A stretch of DNA of 64,000 nucleotides, from positions 1 to 64,000 of IMG/VR virus record IMGVR_UViG_3300032046_003126; one strand, written 5' to 3'. Each line of letters begins with the position of its first letter. Position 1 is the stretch's first letter. A program made the position numbers and the translations under genes. Shown one piece after another: positions 48,951 through 57,977 of this stretch. This stretch comes from a virus. The notes beneath the pieces are model-generated. The model was not told the origin of the DNA. It saw only the letters and a list, made by a program, of their open reading frames with translations, and ran no database searches.

Positions 48951-51278
48951 ATGTCATTATTCAAAATAAACGAAGACGATAGAGATTTCTTTACATTAGA
49001 GACGCATCCCAAAAGGAGTTATTTAAGTTCCTCTTCAGGAATTACTGGTTCTGTTTATATCTATGCCCGTCACTCTGCACTAGAGAAAGAAGCTCAACCT
49101 CTTTCTATGTTTAGTTCATCATTATTTAATGATGTGAATTTAAATGAATTATTAAATAATTGTAAATTATATTCTGTTGTTTCTGGAAATAACTACGGAC
49201 AAGTCTCAGGGTATTTATCTAAAGTATTTGAACAACAACCATCGGCCCGAAAACAACAAAAATTAGATATAATAAGATTCACTCCTCCATTTGTGTATAA
49301 TACAAATACAGGTAGAAAATTAGCTACAATAAATTCTTTGATGCCTTTTTATCGTTCGCAAAATTCAAATTATAATTACAATGTGTCAAATTATTTTTGT
49401 TTGAATTTTTTTACTTCAAGTGATAATCATAATGATGCAGTTTTATTGTATCCAAATCAACCAACGACCCAATATCCTTATGGACAATATTGCCCAAATA
49501 ATGGATGGTCTTTTGATTTTAGAATAAATCCAAAATATACTACCGATACAGTAAATTCGGATTTTAAAACAGGCACAATCTTTCATTTATCTGGGGTATA
49601 TGCAGTTTCTCTTTTAACTGGTTCTTCAAGAGATTTAAACGGATATCCAGATGCATTTAGAATAATGCTTCAGGTTTCTTCTAGTGCAAACATTAAACCA
49701 AGTGAAGCAACACCTGACGAATTCACATTTTTATCAGATGACAATTCTATTAAAAGAAATGAATGGAGCCAAGTAACAATAAGACATGGTGGAAATTCCC
49801 CAGTTTATGATTTCGGAACAGGGTCTTTTGTTATAAACGATATCGAAAAAGGAATTTTTGTTTTAACTACAAGTTTAGCTACAGGCTCTTTTGGTGCGAC
49901 TTCAGGACCACAAGTATTGGCTGTGGGGAATTATTATGAAGGAGACAATACCGGAACTTCTCAAATGGTTTATTTTTTCGCAAACAATACCACAATAAGA
50001 GAAGGATTATTTGAGTTGAATTCGGCTATAGTTGACAATCCTGCGGAATTTTTATTTGATCATCCTTTAAATGCTGAGGTTCATGAACTTAAAATATTTA
50101 ACAAATATCTTACAGATTATGATCTATCTCTTTTAAGAAACGAATCTCCATCTTCTATAAAAGATTTATTATTTTACTTACCTCCATATTTTACTTATGA
50201 ATCTCCATCCAGATCTTTTCATTTGGGCGCAGGCGGAATACCAGTTACACCATTCCAAACAAAAGATGGATCAACTAACGACTTGTTTAATGTAACAATG
50301 TCTTTTAGTATAGGTGGACAATTCATTAATTTAGAAAATTACACAAAAGACTTTGCAACAAATAATTTTCCAAAATTATTAAATCTAACGTCATCTATAA
50401 TAAATGAAACAACTGATGTTTTATCTGCTAATGAGTTTATATTTGCGACAGCTTCAAATCGTTATAGACAATACATTGTCATGCCATGTGATGATGGAAA
50501 TTTTTATCCAAATTACATTTTTCTTTCAACCGGGTCATTAGATAAATTTAAAAATGATCTAGGAAATACTAGTGTAAATAAAGTGACATTGAGAAATTTG
50601 GTTGGTGGTTTTGATAAAGCATCTGCGTTAACAAGATTATCTGGGTCATTAACAGATGAATTTATTGGTCCATCTCCAGATAATGTGTCTGGTTCTTATA
50701 CAGATTCTTTGGCAATTTATCATAGAACAAGAGATAATAGTTCAAATCAATGTGTTATTTTTGACATATCCAATATATTTTATGGACAAAATATAACCCC
50801 AGGAAGTGTTGTGTTAACAGATACAAGCTTGTCAGGTTCGGGAAATAAAATCTCAACAACCCTAAAAGACGATGGAATGGGTGGTTTATATAGAGCAGAT
50901 TGTTTCTCTAAACAAGCTACTTGGTCTAATATAGGAAATGTATTTTATAATGAAGGTATAATTTTAATAAAATCCCCCCAGCTTTTCTTTTTCGGGGAAC
51001 AGGCTTTTGAGTTAGAATTCAAGGGCGAACAAAACATATATGTTATGAAGCTAAATTTAACTGTATTTCCAAAAACGGCCACATCTTCTTCAAATCCATC
51101 TTATATTTCAACTCCTGCATCTTCTTTAGCGAATGATACCGATAAAGACTTTGTTTGGTTAACCACTTTATATATTCATGATGAAAATATGAACGTTATT
51201 GCAAAAACAAACTTAGCACAACCTGTAATGAAACGAGACGGAGATAAAATTAAATTTAATTGGAAAATGGATTTTTAA
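48951..51278 (+). CDS. Virion structural protein with LamG-like domain and C-terminus paralogous to 47232
   Basis: WSFDFRINP, EVHELKIFN, I.PGSV.L...DDG.G.L, GNVFYNEG, SSNPSY, LYIHDEN.NVIAK..LAQPV.K...MDF. Confidence 0.6.
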   Translation: MSLFKINEDDRDFFTLETHPKRSYLSSSSGITGSVYIYARHSALEKEAQPLSMFSSSLFNDVNLNELLNNCKLYSVVSGNNYGQVSGYLSKVFEQQPSARKQQKLDIIRFTPPFVYNTNTGRKLATINSLMPFYRSQNSNYNYNVSNYFCLNFFTSSDNHNDAVLLYPNQPTTQYPYGQYCPNNGWSFDFRINPKYTTDTVNSDFKTGTIFHLSGVYAVSLLTGSSRDLNGYPDAFRIMLQVSSSANIKPSEATPDEFTFLSDDNSIKRNEWSQVTIRHGGNSPVYDFGTGSFVINDIEKGIFVLTTSLATGSFGATSGPQVLAVGNYYEGDNTGTSQMVYFFANNTTIREGLFELNSAIVDNPAEFLFDHPLNAEVHELKIFNKYLTDYDLSLLRNESPSSIKDLLFYLPPYFTYESPSRSFHLGAGGIPVTPFQTKDGSTNDLFNVTMSFSIGGQFINLENYTKDFATNNFPKLLNLTSSIINETTDVLSANEFIFATASNRYRQYIVMPCDDGNFYPNYIFLSTGSLDKFKNDLGNTSVNKVTLRNLVGGFDKASALTRLSGSLTDEFIGPSPDNVSGSYTDSLAIYHRTRDNSSNQCVIFDISNIFYGQNITPGSVVLTDTSLSGSGNKISTTLKDDGMGGLYRADCFSKQATWSNIGNVFYNEGIILIKSPQLFFFGEQAFELEFKGEQNIYVMKLNLTVFPKTATSSSNPSYISTPASSLANDTDKDFVWLTTLYIHDENMNVIAKTNLAQPVMKRDGDKIKFNWKMDF

Positions 51279-51338
51279 TAATTTTATACAATTAAAATGT
51301 TCTTATTCTATTTATCTTATGGTCATCTTCCACAAAAA

Positions 51339-51863
51339 ATGAATAAAATAAAAAAATTTACAAAACCCAGAGTAAGAAAAAAATCAAGATATAAAACTGG
51401 GATTCATGTTAGTGCGAAAAGCAATTTGCCAATCAAGTATCGTTCTGGTTGGGAAATGTTTGTTTGTTTATATTTTGATCAAGAACCCAGTATAATAAAA
51501 TATTATTACGAACAAATAAAAATACCTTATGTGGCTAATATCAAAACCGGGAAAGTAAGAACGTATTATCCAGATTTTTTAGTTATTTATTCTGATGGCA
51601 CTAAAAAGTTAATAGAGGTTAAAAGGCAAAATCTACTTGATAATATAAAAGTTCAAAAGAAAGCCGAAGCTGCTAAAACATGGTGCGAAAAAAATCAAAT
51701 AATTTACGAGTTTCTAACGGACGCAAAAGTAAAGGAAATTCAAAAAATGTTCAAACACCTGATGCCAGTTGCGAAAAAGAAAAAGAAAAAAACAACAACA
51801 GCAAAGAAAACATTGTTGGCTCCAACAACAACAACGACGGCGGCAGACCTAAAAAAGAAGTAG
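51339..51863 (+). CDS. Head completion nuclease (T4 gp4 / TnsA-N-like); start 51339 or 51297
   Basis: YRSGWE, E.IKIPY, YYPDF, LIEVK, K.EAAK.WC. Confidence 0.8.
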   Translation: MNKIKKFTKPRVRKKSRYKTGIHVSAKSNLPIKYRSGWEMFVCLYFDQEPSIIKYYYEQIKIPYVANIKTGKVRTYYPDFLVIYSDGTKKLIEVKRQNLLDNIKVQKKAEAAKTWCEKNQIIYEFLTDAKVKEIQKMFKHLMPVAKKKKKKTTTAKKTLLAPTTTTTAADLKKK

Positions 51864-52408
51864 ATGTTGGTTTAGATATTTCTTCTAGTTGTATTGGAGT
51901 TTGCATTCTTGAACACAAGAAAGACGTTTTAGTAGAAATCTTCAAAATAAAACTAACAAGTACAAAGTTTGAAGATTTAATCGATAAAGCAGTTGAAGTA
52001 AAAAAGCATTTTTCCAGGCTCTCTAAATACTCTATAAAAAACGTTTACGTAGAAGACATAGCCTTGAAGTTTACTAGCGGTAAAAGCTCTGCACACACCA
52101 TTGTAACGCTGGCAAAAATGAATGCGCTGACTTGTTACGAAATGTACTCTCAGTATAATATAAAACCAGAATTTGTTAATGTCAGAACTTGTAGAAAAAA
52201 ATTAGGCATTAGTATAAACACAAAAGATAAAACTAAATCAACAAAAGAAAAAGTTTTTGATATAGTTCGTGTTATGAAAAAAGATTTTCCTTGGGAAACA
52301 CACTTAGCTAAAACAGGGAAGTATAAAGATCAACTTGTATATGATAAGACAAATCAGGATATGGCTGATGCTTACATTGTTTGCGCTAGTGGCCAACTTA
52401 TTAAATGA
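51680..52408 (+). CDS. RuvC-like Holliday junction resolvase (start uncertain)
   Basis: VGLDISSSCIG, VYVED, KE.V, DMADAY. Confidence 0.75.
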   Translation: MVRKKSNNLRVSNGRKSKGNSKNVQTPDASCEKEKEKNNNSKENIVGSNNNNDGGRPKKEVDVGLDISSSCIGVCILEHKKDVLVEIFKIKLTSTKFEDLIDKAVEVKKHFSRLSKYSIKNVYVEDIALKFTSGKSSAHTIVTLAKMNALTCYEMYSQYNIKPEFVNVRTCRKKLGISINTKDKTKSTKEKVFDIVRVMKKDFPWETHLAKTGKYKDQLVYDKTNQDMADAYIVCASGQLIK

Positions 52409-53409
52409 TTTTTACTCAAGGACAATTTATTGATTTTATAGAAACCGTATTTGGTAAAGGTATTTTATCAAATGGAGGGAAAAATATATCTGTTGTTTGT
52501 CCGGTTTGTACCAGAGAAAAAGGAACACAGTATAATAAAAAAAAGTTAGTCATTAGAACAGACAATGGAATTAATCATTGTTGGGTTTGTTCTTATAAAT
52601 CTAAAAATCTATTAGCATTAATAAAAATAACTAATCCTGAATTTCTTGAAGAATACAAAACAACATTTAACAATATCACCACAAACAGTAGATGTTTTAT
52701 TTTAGATATAGATGATGTTGAAAGAACAACAACTTCAACGGATTTTGAAGACATTCTTTTTTTGCCTAAAAAAACAATGCTTTTAGCAGACAATTATAAA
52801 ACATATCATGGAAATAAATATTTTAACTACCTTAGAAAAAGGGGAATTACAGAGATAGAAGACTTATGGTATTGGAAGTTTTTATATACGGTATTTGACG
52901 AAGACTATAAAGATAGAATAATAATACCTTCTTTTGATTCGACGGGCACATTGAATTATTTTACAGCAAGAAGTTTGTTTGATGGGGCTTATGTTAAAAG
53001 ATATAAAAATCCTATAAAATCAAGAGAATCAATTATATTCAATGATATAAATATAGATTGGCAAAATCCACTTACTCTAGTTGAAGGTCCGTTTGATTTA
53101 GTTAAATGCAATCAAAATGCAACATGTCTATTGGGTTCAGTTATTAATATAAAATATGAATTATTTCAAAATATTATAATAAATAATACTCCAATAATAC
53201 TTGGGTTGGATGAAGACGCAACAAACAAGGCTATAAAAATAGCAGAAAATTTATTACGGTACGATATTGATGTCAGTATGATTACGCCTCCAACAAATAA
53301 AGATGTTGGAGATTTATCCAAAGAAGAGTTTAATGATTTATATCAACAAACTCATGTTTTAACAAAAAAAGATTTACTTCTTTACAAAATAAGGAATATT
53401 CAATTATAA
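52405..53409 (+). CDS. DNA primase (T4 gp61-like)
   Basis: CPVC...HCWVC Zn finger, YLRKRG, RIIIP, YFTAR, TOPRIM LVEGPFD and LDED. Confidence 0.9.
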   Translation: MIFTQGQFIDFIETVFGKGILSNGGKNISVVCPVCTREKGTQYNKKKLVIRTDNGINHCWVCSYKSKNLLALIKITNPEFLEEYKTTFNNITTNSRCFILDIDDVERTTTSTDFEDILFLPKKTMLLADNYKTYHGNKYFNYLRKRGITEIEDLWYWKFLYTVFDEDYKDRIIIPSFDSTGTLNYFTARSLFDGAYVKRYKNPIKSRESIIFNDINIDWQNPLTLVEGPFDLVKCNQNATCLLGSVINIKYELFQNIIINNTPIILGLDEDATNKAIKIAENLLRYDIDVSMITPPTNKDVGDLSKEEFNDLYQQTHVLTKKDLLLYKIRNIQL

Positions 53410-56400
53410 TGAAAAAAGAAATTAAAATAATACAAATAAGTGATTTACACTGGCGCGGAAATACACGTCATGAAGAATATACAAAATCTTTTGAGTTGTT
53501 GTTTGAACAGTTAAAAGAAATTAAACCAGATTTTATTGTTTGTACAGGAGATGTATTTCATACTAAAACCCAAGGACTCACAAATGAGGTTGTTGAACGT
53601 ATGGCATGGATGTTTAGAAGCTTGGACAAGATAGCTCCCGTTAGGACAATACTTGGAAATCACGACGGAAACCTTAAGAACGAACAAAGACAAGACGCTG
53701 TTACGCCTATTTTTGAAGCAATTGGTTCTGAACCAAGAAATATTTTATATAAAAAATCTGGAAACTATATCGAGCAATTCGATGATAGAATTAATTGGTG
53801 TGTATTTTCTTGTTTTGACAAAGAAAATTGGAATTTGGTATCTCCACAAAAAGACAAAATCAATATAGCACTATACCACGGAAGTATTTCGGGTTGCGTT
53901 GTAGGAAGCAATCACTCTTTAGAACATGGAGAAGAAAGTATTTCCAAGTTTACCAAATATGATTTTGGTTTATTTGGGGATATTCACAAAACTCAATTTC
54001 TTTCTTACAGAAAAGACAAAAACAAAAAAGATAAACCATGGGCCGGGTATCCTGGTTCTTTAATTCAACAAAATCATGGAGAAGAAGAACAAAAGGGATT
54101 TCTTTTATGGACAATAAGAGATACCAAAGATTGGGATGTGAACTTCATTGAAGTAGAGAATGAACGACCATTTTTTACATCTGAATGGAACACCTCAGTA
54201 AAAGGTACTGTTGATTTAATTTTAGAAAAAAGAAAGATAATTAAACAAAATTCTAGAATAAGAATTTTTTCTAATAAAAAAATATCGGCTATAGAAGTAA
54301 AACAATTAACCGAAATATTAAAAAAAGATTATCAAGCCGAAGAAGTATCTTTTAAAATAGATACAAAGGAAAAAATAGATAAAATAAAAACAGGAAACGT
54401 AGAAGCATCAAAAGATAATTTGAGAACAAACACCGAGGTCATTGTTGATTTATATAGAGAATTTGTTGATAAAAATAAAAAGAAAAATTCATTATCTGAA
54501 GAAAATATGCTAATAGCCGAAGAAACAATCAAGGCTTATATTAAAAAAATCGAAGAGGACAACCCAGACGAATCGGCCAAAAATGTTGTTTGGGATTTGA
54601 AAAAAATTGAATTTGATAATGTTTTTAGATATGGCGAAGGTAATTGTATAAATTTCGATAACTTAAGTGGGATTGTTGGTATTTTTGGTCCTAATAGAAT
54701 AGGTAAGAGTTCAATACCAGGAGCTTTAATGTATGGATTGTTCAATACAACCGATCGTGGCCCAATGAAAAATGGCCACATGATTAAAGAAGGAACCAGA
54801 GAGTGTAAAGCAAAAGTACAATTCCAAGTAAATGAAGAAATGTTTTTCGTAGAACGATCTTCGGCATTAGAAGAATCAAAAAAGAAAACAATAGATGATT
54901 CATATAAAACAAGTACAGATTTAAATTTTTATAAAATTGACAAGGAAGACAATATTGTTTCTCTTAATTTAGACGATCGTGACAATACAGATAAAAACAT
55001 AAGAAAAACAATAGGAACAGCAGAAGATTTTCTCATGACATCTTTTTCATCTCAAGGTGACATTAATAGATTTATCAATGAAGGTTCTACAAAAAGAAAA
55101 GAATTGTTGTCAAAATTTCTAAATTTAGATATTTTCAAAACTCTATCGGTTATTGCCAAAGAAGATTTAAATTCTTACAATGCAATAGCTAAAAAATATA
55201 TTAGTATAAATTTCGACCAAGATATTAAAGATTTAGGAAATCAAATAAGTGAAAATAATTCTTTATTAGAATTATATGAGAATAAAATTCTTGAAACAGA
55301 AAACAAATTACAAGATATAAAAACACAATTGTTAATTTATGAACAAAAATTTGATTTTGATTCCTTAAGAACTCTTGAAAGAGATTTGGAACAAAAAGAA
55401 AAAGAATATCAAACAATAAAAAATCTAAAAGAAGAAACTGAAACTAATATAACCAATGTTAGAAAACAAGAAATAAATCTAAAAAAACAACTGGATTCTT
55501 TAGATATACAAAGCCTGGAAGAGAAGATTGAGAAGATGCAGTCTTTAAGGGCTCTAGCAGCCGACATACAGGCTTCTTTTAAGATAGAGACTAATACATT
55601 AGAGCAACAAGAGAAAACGCTTAAAAAGCTAACTGTGGTGCCTTGTGGTGATTCATATCCAACTTGCACCTATATCAAGGATGCACATGAAAATAAAACA
55701 CTGATCGTAGAACAACAAAGCAAAGTCTCGGAGTTAAAAAATAAGTTAAAAGACTTTGAGTTAATAGCAAAAGAATTTATAGAACAAAAAATTGCAGAAA
55801 AATATAAAGAAAGTAAATTGTTAACAGAACAATTAACACAGTTTAAAAATAAATCAGATGTTTTAAATGAAAGATTTAATAATATTAATTTATCTAAAAT
55901 AATAGAAGAAAAAAATAAAATTAATGATAAATTAAATAAAACAAAACAAAAAATAAATTCTGATGATTTAGGAAAAAAAGAAGATTTGCAAGAATCACAC
56001 AAGGTTTTATCTTCACAAATGAGAGAATTTATTAATAATAAAAACGAATCTCTAATTTCTGTAGGTTCTTTGAATCAAAAAATGCAGACTGCCGTTCTTC
56101 AAAAGAAAGAATTGGCAGATTTAATAGAAAAAACAAATATCCAACAAACTGTATATAATGCGTTTTCTAAAACAGGTATACCAACCATGGTCCTAGAATC
56201 ACAACTTCCTGCTATAAATCAAGAATTGCAAAAAATTCTAGCAGGAGTATCTGATTTTCAAATTGAAATAGTGGCTTCATCTACTTCAAATGCAATGGAT
56301 GTTTATATTATCAACGGAACATCAAGAAGAATAATCGAAACTGCATCAGGGATGGAAAAAATGTTATGCTCTCTTGCTCTACGTGTTGCCTTGAATAACT

Positions 56401-56615
56401 TATCTTCTATGCCTAAATCAAATATATTTATCATAGATGAAGGATTTGGAGTATTAGATGAACAAAATATTAGCTTATGTTTACAAATGTTAAATACTTT
56501 AAAAACTTATTATAAAACAATTTTAATCATAACTCATATATCTGAAGTAAAAGAAATTGTGGATAACATTATCGAAATTAAAGATTTCAACGGAGAATCT
56601 TATGTCTATATCTGA
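53409..56615 (+). CDS. Fused Mre11/SbcD nuclease - Rad50/SbcC ATPase (gp47-gp46 fusion)
   Basis: Nuclease motifs SDLH, GDVFH, GNHD, GDIH, YPGS. ATPase motifs: Walker A GPNRIGKSS, Q-loop SSQG, coiled coil, signature SGME, Walker B FIIDEG, H-loop IITH. Confidence 0.92.
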   Translation: MKKEIKIIQISDLHWRGNTRHEEYTKSFELLFEQLKEIKPDFIVCTGDVFHTKTQGLTNEVVERMAWMFRSLDKIAPVRTILGNHDGNLKNEQRQDAVTPIFEAIGSEPRNILYKKSGNYIEQFDDRINWCVFSCFDKENWNLVSPQKDKINIALYHGSISGCVVGSNHSLEHGEESISKFTKYDFGLFGDIHKTQFLSYRKDKNKKDKPWAGYPGSLIQQNHGEEEQKGFLLWTIRDTKDWDVNFIEVENERPFFTSEWNTSVKGTVDLILEKRKIIKQNSRIRIFSNKKISAIEVKQLTEILKKDYQAEEVSFKIDTKEKIDKIKTGNVEASKDNLRTNTEVIVDLYREFVDKNKKKNSLSEENMLIAEETIKAYIKKIEEDNPDESAKNVVWDLKKIEFDNVFRYGEGNCINFDNLSGIVGIFGPNRIGKSSIPGALMYGLFNTTDRGPMKNGHMIKEGTRECKAKVQFQVNEEMFFVERSSALEESKKKTIDDSYKTSTDLNFYKIDKEDNIVSLNLDDRDNTDKNIRKTIGTAEDFLMTSFSSQGDINRFINEGSTKRKELLSKFLNLDIFKTLSVIAKEDLNSYNAIAKKYISINFDQDIKDLGNQISENNSLLELYENKILETENKLQDIKTQLLIYEQKFDFDSLRTLERDLEQKEKEYQTIKNLKEETETNITNVRKQEINLKKQLDSLDIQSLEEKIEKMQSLRALAADIQASFKIETNTLEQQEKTLKKLTVVPCGDSYPTCTYIKDAHENKTLIVEQQSKVSELKNKLKDFELIAKEFIEQKIAEKYKESKLLTEQLTQFKNKSDVLNERFNNINLSKIIEEKNKINDKLNKTKQKINSDDLGKKEDLQESHKVLSSQMREFINNKNESLISVGSLNQKMQTAVLQKKELADLIEKTNIQQTVYNAFSKTGIPTMVLESQLPAINQELQKILAGVSDFQIEIVASSTSNAMDVYIINGTSRRIIETASGMEKMLCSLALRVALNNLSSMPKSNIFIIDEGFGVLDEQNISLCLQMLNTLKTYYKTILIITHISEVKEIVDNIIEIKDFNGESYVYI

Positions 56616-56904
56616 AAATAAAATAAAAACACTATGTGGTGGAAAAATCGTAGTAATAATTCCTGAGACCCAAGACCAAACAGTCCCTTTGTTTTGTGAC
56701 CTGTGTTTATTTCCTATGAAAACACTAGAAGATTCACTTTCTTATAAAAAAAACAAGTGTTGTTCTATTTGTGAAATGAAGTGGTCTAAAACAATTTTTG
56801 GTAATTGGGACGAAGGTTGGAGGCCAACAAAAGAAGTACAAGGTTGGAATGAATATTTAGAAGAAAGAAAATTACTTAATAGACCAGTATTTAATTTAAG
56901 GTAA
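56602..56904 (+). CDS. Small Zn-binding protein (start probably 56602)
   Basis: CDLC...CCSIC, W..GWRP; GGAG SD before the ATG at 56602. Confidence 0.6.
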   Translation: MSISENKIKTLCGGKIVVIIPETQDQTVPLFCDLCLFPMKTLEDSLSYKKNKCCSICEMKWSKTIFGNWDEGWRPTKEVQGWNEYLEERKLLNRPVFNLR

Positions 56905-56911
56905 AATAAAA

Positions 56912-57313
56912 ATGACTGTAAAAAATTACAACAAGTATCTAGAACTTTCAAAAGTATTCAACGAAACCTTTGGAGCAAAAAATAAAATGGATAATACCGT
57001 ATTCACAGATATGGTAAGAACAAGACTTATTGATGAAACAAAAGTTAGTGTCATGTACATCACTGTTGTAAATCTTCAAAGAGAAGACCAGTGGCTCGAA
57101 TTATCAAATAAATTCACCAGTGATGCCGTAGAAATAATAAGAAATTATCTTAAAAAAGCAACAGAGGAATATAAAAAAAATACGGATGATAAAATTAAGT
57201 TTACAATAGATTCAAAGTCTGTTAAGTTCGATGTAGAGTTTCTAAACTACAATATATTAAGGACAAACAGGAATGCATACTTCAGAGTTTATTGCGACGC
57301 CGAAATCGACTAA
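56912..57313 (+). CDS. Hypothetical protein
   Basis: AAGG SD; normal codon style. Confidence 0.6.
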   Translation: MTVKNYNKYLELSKVFNETFGAKNKMDNTVFTDMVRTRLIDETKVSVMYITVVNLQREDQWLELSNKFTSDAVEIIRNYLKKATEEYKKNTDDKIKFTIDSKSVKFDVEFLNYNILRTNRNAYFRVYCDAEID

Positions 57314-57977
57314 AGAAATAATTTTATTGTCTGTTTTGAACGAATATCCTTTTAATCCTCTTGAAAAAGATAAAGAATATTTAGGATTAAATTATTGCCA
57401 AAAAACAATATTTGAATTAGATTTTAAAAAAGAAAAAATAATTTTTTTAAAAGAAAGACAAAAAGGTTGTACGGTCGCTCTGTTAGCTCATGCGGTGGAA
57501 TCGTTAAAACAAAATAAAAATTATTCTATTTTGTTTTTAACAGAATCATCAATGATTGAGTTATATAAGACTTATTGTTTGTTTCTCATGGGCGACAAGA
57601 ATAACACAAAACACATAAAAAATAAAATAAAAATAAATAATTCTTCTATTGAATTTAGTAGTGGAAAACATATCAATAATAATTTCTTTCATGGCAAAAC
57701 ATATGATCTTGTTGTTTGGGATGAAATTCGTATAAAAGAATTTTTACTTCTTAAATCAAATTTTAATAAAAATTTCATTGGAACAAGTACCATCTTAGAT
57801 AATAATATTAAAATTATCCCTGACAGATATTGTAATTTACATATTTTTAAAGATTTATGGAATATAAATGAACCAAATTTAAACGTTTTGCCTGTATATT
57901 TACAATTACTACCAGATCTAACACAAGAATCTGAATTCGTAGGTAAAAGTTTAATAGAAAATTATGGCAGATTCTAA
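57273..57977 (+). CDS. Degenerate terminase-ATPase-like protein
   Basis: YCQ, KERQKGCT, NNSSIEF, GKTYDLVVWDE and GTST occur in the same order as the TerL motifs. Confidence 0.55.
   Translation: MHTSEFIATPKSTKEIILLSVLNEYPFNPLEKDKEYLGLNYCQKTIFELDFKKEKIIFLKERQKGCTVALLAHAVESLKQNKNYSILFLTESSMIELYKTYCLFLMGDKNNTKHIKNKIKINNSSIEFSSGKHINNNFFHGKTYDLVVWDEIRIKEFLLLKSNFNKNFIGTSTILDNNIKIIPDRYCNLHIFKDLWNINEPNLNVLPVYLQLLPDLTQESEFVGKSLIENYGRF

Noticed and set aside
51297-51863. Tn7-like transposon (TnsA)
   Set aside because: No TnsB/C or transposon ends; the motifs and context fit the T4 gp4-like head completion nuclease.
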